Below are positions 59,122 to 64,000 of a stretch of 64,000 bases of DNA, piece by piece (the first letter of the stretch is position 1; each line of letters starts with the position of its first letter). Made by a program: the position numbers and the translations under genes. The stretch covers positions 160,481-224,480 of the forward strand of contig DASPLK010000002.1 in the NCBI GenBank assembly GCA_035627595.1, in the 5' to 3' direction. The notes under the pieces are model-generated. The model searched no databases. It was not told where the DNA came from and saw only the letters and a list, made by a program, of their open reading frames with translations. The DNA is from Minisyncoccota bacterium. Its GTDB lineage: Bacteria > Patescibacteriota > Minisyncoccia > Phycocordibacterales > Phycocordibacteraceae.

Positions 59122-59194
59122 TGGACCGTACAGGATTCGAACCTGCGACCCCCTCTTTGCAAAAGAGGTGCTCTACCAACTGAGCTAACGGCCC
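59122..59194 (-). tRNA. tRNA-Ala(TGC)
   Basis: G3:U70 pair, cctct-ttTGCaa-agagg, T-loop ttcgaat. Confidence 0.96.
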
Positions 59195-59216
59195 GACAAG
59201 AAGAATCCTAACCTCC

Positions 59217-59846
59217 CTAGCTTCCGAGCGCAAGAGCTGGGCGCTGGCCAACAATCTGTAGCCAGACTGTATTTCCCGACTGCTTTCTGGTGTTTGAAAT
59301 GATCGTGAGACCAGACTGCTCAAAATGTGCGGCAAGCTCTTCGGAAGTGTAGTAGCTGAAGAATCGTTCGTACGTGTAGCCGTAATCATCTTCGCGCTTT
59401 ATCTCTTCGTCTTTATTGCCTGGCCGAAGCTCTTTCACCGCTATATATGTGTACCCGCCAGGCTTGGTGACGCTCGCTATCTGGCGCACCACGTCCCCCG
59501 CTTCTTTCTTTGGTATGTGGAGAAGCGATGCTTGTGCAAAGGTACCGTCGTAACTCGCACTCAAAGAGGAGAGGTCGGTCATGGATAGCTCCCTAAAGTC
59601 ACCCTCAGGAAGCTCCCGCTTCGCTATAGCGAGCAGGCCGTCTGAGATGTCTATGCCTGTCACCTGGAAACCTCGACCTGCCATGTACTTACTCTTAGTG
59701 CCGCTTCCACAGCCAACATCAAGTACCGTTCCTCCCGTAGGCAGCAAATTCAAGAACCGCTCAGTCTCTTCAGTCCACCAATCATCATTTGTGTGGTCCT
59801 TGTGCCAATCTTCGGCAATGCGATTGTATGTCTCTCGTATATCCAT
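59217..59846 (-). CDS. Class I SAM-dependent methyltransferase
   Basis: VLDVGCGSG, GIDIS, ASLLHIP, KPGG. Confidence 0.92.
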   Translation of the reverse strand: MDIRETYNRIAEDWHKDHTNDDWWTEETERFLNLLPTGGTVLDVGCGSGTKSKYMAGRGFQVTGIDISDGLLAIAKRELPEGDFRELSMTDLSSLSASYDGTFAQASLLHIPKKEAGDVVRQIASVTKPGGYTYIAVKELRPGNKDEEIKREDDYGYTYERFFSYYTSEELAAHFEQSGLTIISNTRKQSGNTVWLQIVGQRPALALGS

Positions 59847-59848
59847 AA

Positions 59849-60820
59849 TTATCTTTTGTCCCCGAGCGTAAGGTCGATGAGATGTTCGAGAAAGTCAGGG
59901 AATTTAACTCCAACCGCCGCAAGAGACTTTGGCAGAAGTGATTCTTCAGTTAGACCCGGTAGCGTATTGGTTTCAAGGTAGTAAATACCCTTTGGAGAGA
60001 CAATGAAATCGGTACGTGAGTAGTGGCGAAGCCCGAGTGCCTCGTGTATGGCGCGCGCTTGTCGCATCAACTCTTGCGAAATATCTTTTGAAAAACGTCC
60101 TGGGCATATTTCTTTTGTCGCTCCCGAATACTTCGCATCATACGAAAAGAAATCCTTCTCAGGTGGCAGAATCTCAATGGGTGGCAATGCATACAATTCC
60201 TCGCCTCGTAACCCTTGTACGATGCCTGCGGTAGCCTCAGTGCCCTTTATGAGCTCTTCGATGAGTACGCCGCCAGAGCCCTCGTTAAGAAGCTCCTGGG
60301 TAACTTTTAGTAGAGGTGCATAGCCCGCCACTATCGATACACCAACGGACGATCCCCATTTAACCGGCTTTACGACGACTGGCTGCTGGAAGGTGCGCAC
60401 GACCTCTGCAAGCTGCCCTTCTACATCTGAACCATCTTCGACTAGATGATACTTGGGTGTCAGAAGTCCGAGCTCCTTCGCACGCTCTTTGGCGAGCACT
60501 TTATGCATCGCAAGATATGAGCCAAGCGAGTCTGAACCCGTATATGGGACCTTCAAAGTCTCAAGTATCTTTTGGACCTCACCATCCTCGCCAAACTCGC
60601 CGTGGAGTCCGATAACGACTGCGTCGACCGTACGGAGCGCGCGCGACGGATCGGTGGGCCTGCCGCGTTCATGCCACACGCCCTGTTTGTCTATGTAAAT
60701 GTCGCGAACGGTATAGCGGTCACGCGGCAGATTGGTTGCGATAGCATGTCCTGTTTTAAGAGACACCTCATGCTCCTTGGAGGGACCGCCACGCAGAACG
60801 CCGATAACCGTACCATGCAT
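59849..60820 (-). CDS. ddl: D-alanine--D-alanine ligase
   Basis: GGPSKEHEVSL, LHGEFGEDG, GSSVGV, YDAKY, ETNTLPGLT. Confidence 0.96.
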   Translation of the reverse strand: MHGTVIGVLRGGPSKEHEVSLKTGHAIATNLPRDRYTVRDIYIDKQGVWHERGRPTDPSRALRTVDAVVIGLHGEFGEDGEVQKILETLKVPYTGSDSLGSYLAMHKVLAKERAKELGLLTPKYHLVEDGSDVEGQLAEVVRTFQQPVVVKPVKWGSSVGVSIVAGYAPLLKVTQELLNEGSGGVLIEELIKGTEATAGIVQGLRGEELYALPPIEILPPEKDFFSYDAKYSGATKEICPGRFSKDISQELMRQARAIHEALGLRHYSRTDFIVSPKGIYYLETNTLPGLTEESLLPKSLAAVGVKFPDFLEHLIDLTLGDKR

Positions 60821-60846
60821 GCAAAGAGTATAGCAGGGTAAAAGTA

Positions 60847-61155
60847 ATGGGCCGCGCTAGACGACCCCGGATGCCAGGATGTGGCTCCGTGATCGCTAGC
60901 GCGGCCCATGCTGCTGTGCGTAATTTTTTGCGGGGGCTGAGTCGAACTCTAACCCCGAAACGCGGTGCAGACTTGGTGATAGTCCCGTAAGCGCAAGGAA
61001 GCGTTCGCCTTAATGGCTGCTTCCCAGCGCGGGACTACTTCGAACAAAATGGAAAGTACGCATTTTCCCTCCCTTGGGTTTCGCACGGCACTCTCAGTGC
61101 CGGGCTGTACGGTGCGGCTCGACCTTGATCAGGCGAGACGGACAGCACACGCACC
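60847..61155 (-). ncRNA. Candidate multi-hairpin RNA, possibly with 17-aa ORF
   Basis: GTGACA-16-TACTGT promoter; five consecutive stem-loops ending in a 63-nt rod (60847-60909); no credible long ORF. Confidence 0.5.
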
Positions 61156-61187
61156 TCACGACAGTACCACCCCCTGCGGATTTGTCA

Positions 61188-62432
61188 CTAGGTTTTCCTC
61201 AACCCCTTCTGACGGGCCTTTCGGTGGTTCGAAAGCGCAAAACGATGCGCCTCAGCGTTTGCAAGCACCGCGTCCGATTCTGGAATGCCTGCTCGCAAAG
61301 CACCGATAACCTCACGCGGGCGATGCTTCTCATCTTTTACAACGGCAACAACCGGAATCATGACGCCAACTTCTTTCAGCACCTGTTCAGCGGCCTTCTT
61401 ATGCGTCTTGCCACCATCAATAACGAATGCGCGCGGCATCTGCCACTCTGGATGACCCAGGCGTCTTGAAAGTATTTCCTTGAGCGACTTAATATCGTCG
61501 TTCTTCGAGGTGCGCACCTTAAATATCCGATAGTCACTTTTAACTGGCGTGCCGTCTTCTACGACGGTCATCACGCCTATCGTGTTGGTGCCTGAGATAT
61601 GTGCTGTGTCGTATGCCTCAAGACGCGGACCTGGGGCACGATCGCCCATACGTTCTTCGCGAATAAGTGATACGTCCTGCACATGATCAAGCGCAAACAG
61701 CTGCCTGCGTATCACCGCTGCTTCCTCAAACCGTTCTTCTTTTGCGGCCTGCTTCATTTCTCTTGTGAGAGTCTCGCGGAGCGTCTTCACACGTCCTGAG
61801 AGGAATAGAGAGACATTCCGGACCGAGCGGAGATAGTCCTTGCGCTCCATATCGCGAGGGTACTGCCCTATCTGCTTATTAAACTCGATGCGTGCACGTT
61901 GATGCTTCCCGGTATAGCCAATGGGCTTTGGCGTGTCATAGAACGGGAAGATGCGGCGGATAAGGCGCAGTGCCTCTCGGAGTTGCGGACCCGATGGAAA
62001 AGGGCCATGTATAGCCGTGTAGCGCACGCTCCCGATGCGAGCCTCCTGGAACTCAATGTCTTTGCCGCGAGCGATGAGCACGCGCGGAATCTCTTCATCC
62101 GTTATGTATGCGTAGAGGAAGGTCTTATCGTCCTTACCCTCGACGTTACCGATAGGCATGTATTGCCGAATGAGCGCAGCCTCGCGCACAAGCGCCTCAA
62201 GCACGGTTGACGCAGTCTCATGCGCAACCGCGTCAGCGCGTGTGATAACGTCCACCACACGCGGGCCCCGTGTTGCGATCAGATCATCATCAAAATATGA
62301 GCGAACACGATCTCTAAGAGAGGTCGCCTTTCCAACATACAGAATCTTTTTACTCTTTCCCTTTCCCTTGGTGAAGAGATACACGCCAGGACAGTCGGGA
62401 AGATCGAATCTGGCGAGATCTGCGCGTTCCAT
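61188..62432 (-). CDS. uvrC: UvrC-like excinuclease lacking C-terminal HhH
   Basis: PGVYLF...LYVGKATSLRDRVRSYF, ERFEEAAVIR, EAYDTAH, VIDGG, EAHRFA. Confidence 0.9.
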   Translation of the reverse strand: MERADLARFDLPDCPGVYLFTKGKGKSKKILYVGKATSLRDRVRSYFDDDLIATRGPRVVDVITRADAVAHETASTVLEALVREAALIRQYMPIGNVEGKDDKTFLYAYITDEEIPRVLIARGKDIEFQEARIGSVRYTAIHGPFPSGPQLREALRLIRRIFPFYDTPKPIGYTGKHQRARIEFNKQIGQYPRDMERKDYLRSVRNVSLFLSGRVKTLRETLTREMKQAAKEERFEEAAVIRRQLFALDHVQDVSLIREERMGDRAPGPRLEAYDTAHISGTNTIGVMTVVEDGTPVKSDYRIFKVRTSKNDDIKSLKEILSRRLGHPEWQMPRAFVIDGGKTHKKAAEQVLKEVGVMIPVVAVVKDEKHRPREVIGALRAGIPESDAVLANAEAHRFALSNHRKARQKGLRKT

Positions 62433-62434
62433 AC

Positions 62435-64000
62435 CTATTTTTTCTTGCCCTTCTTGAGCATTTTCTTGAGATACGCCCCTGTATGCGAGCCTTCCACGTC
62501 CGCCACTTCCTCGGGAGAACCTTTGGCGATAACTTTACCGCCCCCAATGCCTCCTTCAGGACCAAAGTCGATGAGGTAGTCAGCGCTCTTGATGACATCG
62601 AGGTTGTGCTCGATGACGACCACAGTGTTGCCGCGCCTGACCAGCTCCTGAAGGATATCGATGAGCTTCTTAACATCCTCATAGTGGAGGCCCACTGTCG
62701 GCTCATCAAGCAGGTAAATGGTCTTCATGGTGATGGGGCGATACAGCTCCGAAGCTATCTTCACGCGCTGTGCCTCACCTCCGGAAAGCGTGGTCGCAGA
62801 CTGTCCAAGCGTTAGATACTCGAGACCAGTAGAATTGAGGCTCTTCAAGCGATCAGAGATAGCCGGTATGTCTTTGAAAAACTCTTCCGCTTCTTCAATG
62901 GTCATGTGAAGAACATCGTAGATGCTCTTGCCACGATAGGTAATCTCCAAAGTCTCTTTCATGTACCGCGTCCCATTACATACGTCACAGGTTACGTATA
63001 CGGTCGGCAAGAAGTGCATTTCGACCGCGATCATTCCGTTACCCTGACATGTCTCGCAGCGGCCTCCGGGCACATTGAATGAGAACCGCCCCGGCTTCCA
63101 GCCCCGCGCACGAGACTCTGCAGTCGAAGCAAAGAGATCCCGGATGTGCGTAAAAGCACCTGTATAGGTTGCAGGGTTGGAGCGTGGCGTGCGGCCGATC
63201 GGCGACTGATCGATGAGGACAGCCCGACCGATGTATTCAGTACCCGTAATGCTTGCGGCGTGCTCAATCTTCGCCTCACGCTTGGCAAGACGTGCTGCGA
63301 TGTTCTTATGCAAAATGTCGTAGAGGAATGTCGACTTACCGGAACCTGAGACACCAGTGATGCAGACAAGCTTCCCGAGCGGCACATCAATATTCTGGTT
63401 CTTTATGTTGTGTAACGTCGCGCCCTTTATCTTTACCGATCCCTTTTCTGCGGTCCTACGCTCCTCTGGTACTTCTATCCTTGTTTCGTCACGTAGGTAT
63501 GAAAGCGTCACTGATCCTGAATCGTTCTTGGGTGCAGTCAAAAGTTCGTCAAGCCAACCCGCAGCCACAACACTTCCCCCGTGTACGCCCGCACCCGGAC
63601 CGATATCAACGAGATAGTCGGCCGCGTAGATCGTATCCTCATCGTGCTCGACGACTAGAATCGTATTTCCGAGCTCCTTTAGAGAGAGCATGGTCTGTAT
63701 GAGGCGATCATTGTCACGCTGATGGAGGCCGATGGTCGGCTCATCAAGCACATAAAGCGCTCCCACGAGCCCGGTACCCAGCTGCGATGCAAGACGGATA
63801 CGCTGAGCCTCGCCTCCCGACAACGTCGCTGCGGAGCGGTTCAGGGTGAGGTAGTCGAGGCCAACATTCAGCATAAAGTCGAGACGGCTCACAATCTCGC
63901 GGATGATGGGTGCTGCGATCTCCATCTTAAGTTCCGAGAGCTGGAGTGAGTCCATGAACTCCTTTGCGTCCTTGATAGAGAAGTTCGTAAAATCTACCGC
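62435..64000 (-). CDS. uvrA: Excinuclease ABC subunit A, C-terminal part (runs off window)
   Basis: LSGGEAQRIRLA, GVSGSGKST, DQSPIGRTPRSNPATY; frame open to window end. Confidence 0.98.
   Translation of the reverse strand, partial: AVDFTNFSIKDAKEFMDSLQLSELKMEIAAPIIREIVSRLDFMLNVGLDYLTLNRSAATLSGGEAQRIRLASQLGTGLVGALYVLDEPTIGLHQRDNDRLIQTMLSLKELGNTILVVEHDEDTIYAADYLVDIGPGAGVHGGSVVAAGWLDELLTAPKNDSGSVTLSYLRDETRIEVPEERRTAEKGSVKIKGATLHNIKNQNIDVPLGKLVCITGVSGSGKSTFLYDILHKNIAARLAKREAKIEHAASITGTEYIGRAVLIDQSPIGRTPRSNPATYTGAFTHIRDLFASTAESRARGWKPGRFSFNVPGGRCETCQGNGMIAVEMHFLPTVYVTCDVCNGTRYMKETLEITYRGKSIYDVLHMTIEEAEEFFKDIPAISDRLKSLNSTGLEYLTLGQSATTLSGGEAQRVKIASELYRPITMKTIYLLDEPTVGLHYEDVKKLIDILQELVRRGNTVVVIEHNLDVIKSADYLIDFGPEGGIGGGKVIAKGSPEEVADVEGSHTGAYLKKMLKKGKKK

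Noticed and set aside
59087-59389. Extended rlmH ORF
   Set aside because: Reads through tRNA-Ala and the methyltransferase end; real start is 59086.
61085-61135. TPP riboswitch (CUGAGA and CCUGAU-like words)
   Set aside because: Motifs are in the wrong order and no thiamine gene follows.

Overview
A compact bacterial chromosome segment read in genetic code 11. The gene set and architectures point to a Patescibacteria/CPR genome, most likely Parcubacteria; this is inferred from family content (short AlaRS, NUDIX-inserted LeuRS, short UvrC and ATP synthase epsilon, DUF5671, sigma4-wHTH protein, solo type IV pilin), not from a search. Core content: infA-rpmJ-rpsM-rpsK-rpsD-rpoA, alaS, leuS, mnmA, def/fmt, hpf, ychF, rlmH, mreB, murA, ddl, two mltG, a degenerate priA, a holB-like gene, ung, ogt, uvrA/uvrC, an F1Fo operon and five tRNAs. 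An accessory block after tRNA-Asn (about 26.2-39.4 kb) carries a class F sortase with an LPNTG mini-substrate and a repeat surface protein, a hybrid kinase/receiver/ClpP-like/KGG module, and a DUF4037 nucleotidyltransferase-like gene coupled to a phosphodiesterase. No integrase, transposase or CRISPR array was seen. The most unusual signals are missing from the ORF track: (1) a ~250-nt promoter- and terminator-bounded RNA at 23.3-23.55 kb with a perfect four-way junction and anti-Shine-Dalgarno-like loops; (2) a second ~310-nt multi-hairpin locus at 60.85-61.16 kb; (3) two expression grammars, with core genes apparently leaderless or SD-less and about ten small interstitial units, most with -35/CAnnnT promoters, SD motifs and own terminators; (4) a candidate leader-peptide attenuator upstream of atpB. 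All structures and promoters were read by eye, not computed.
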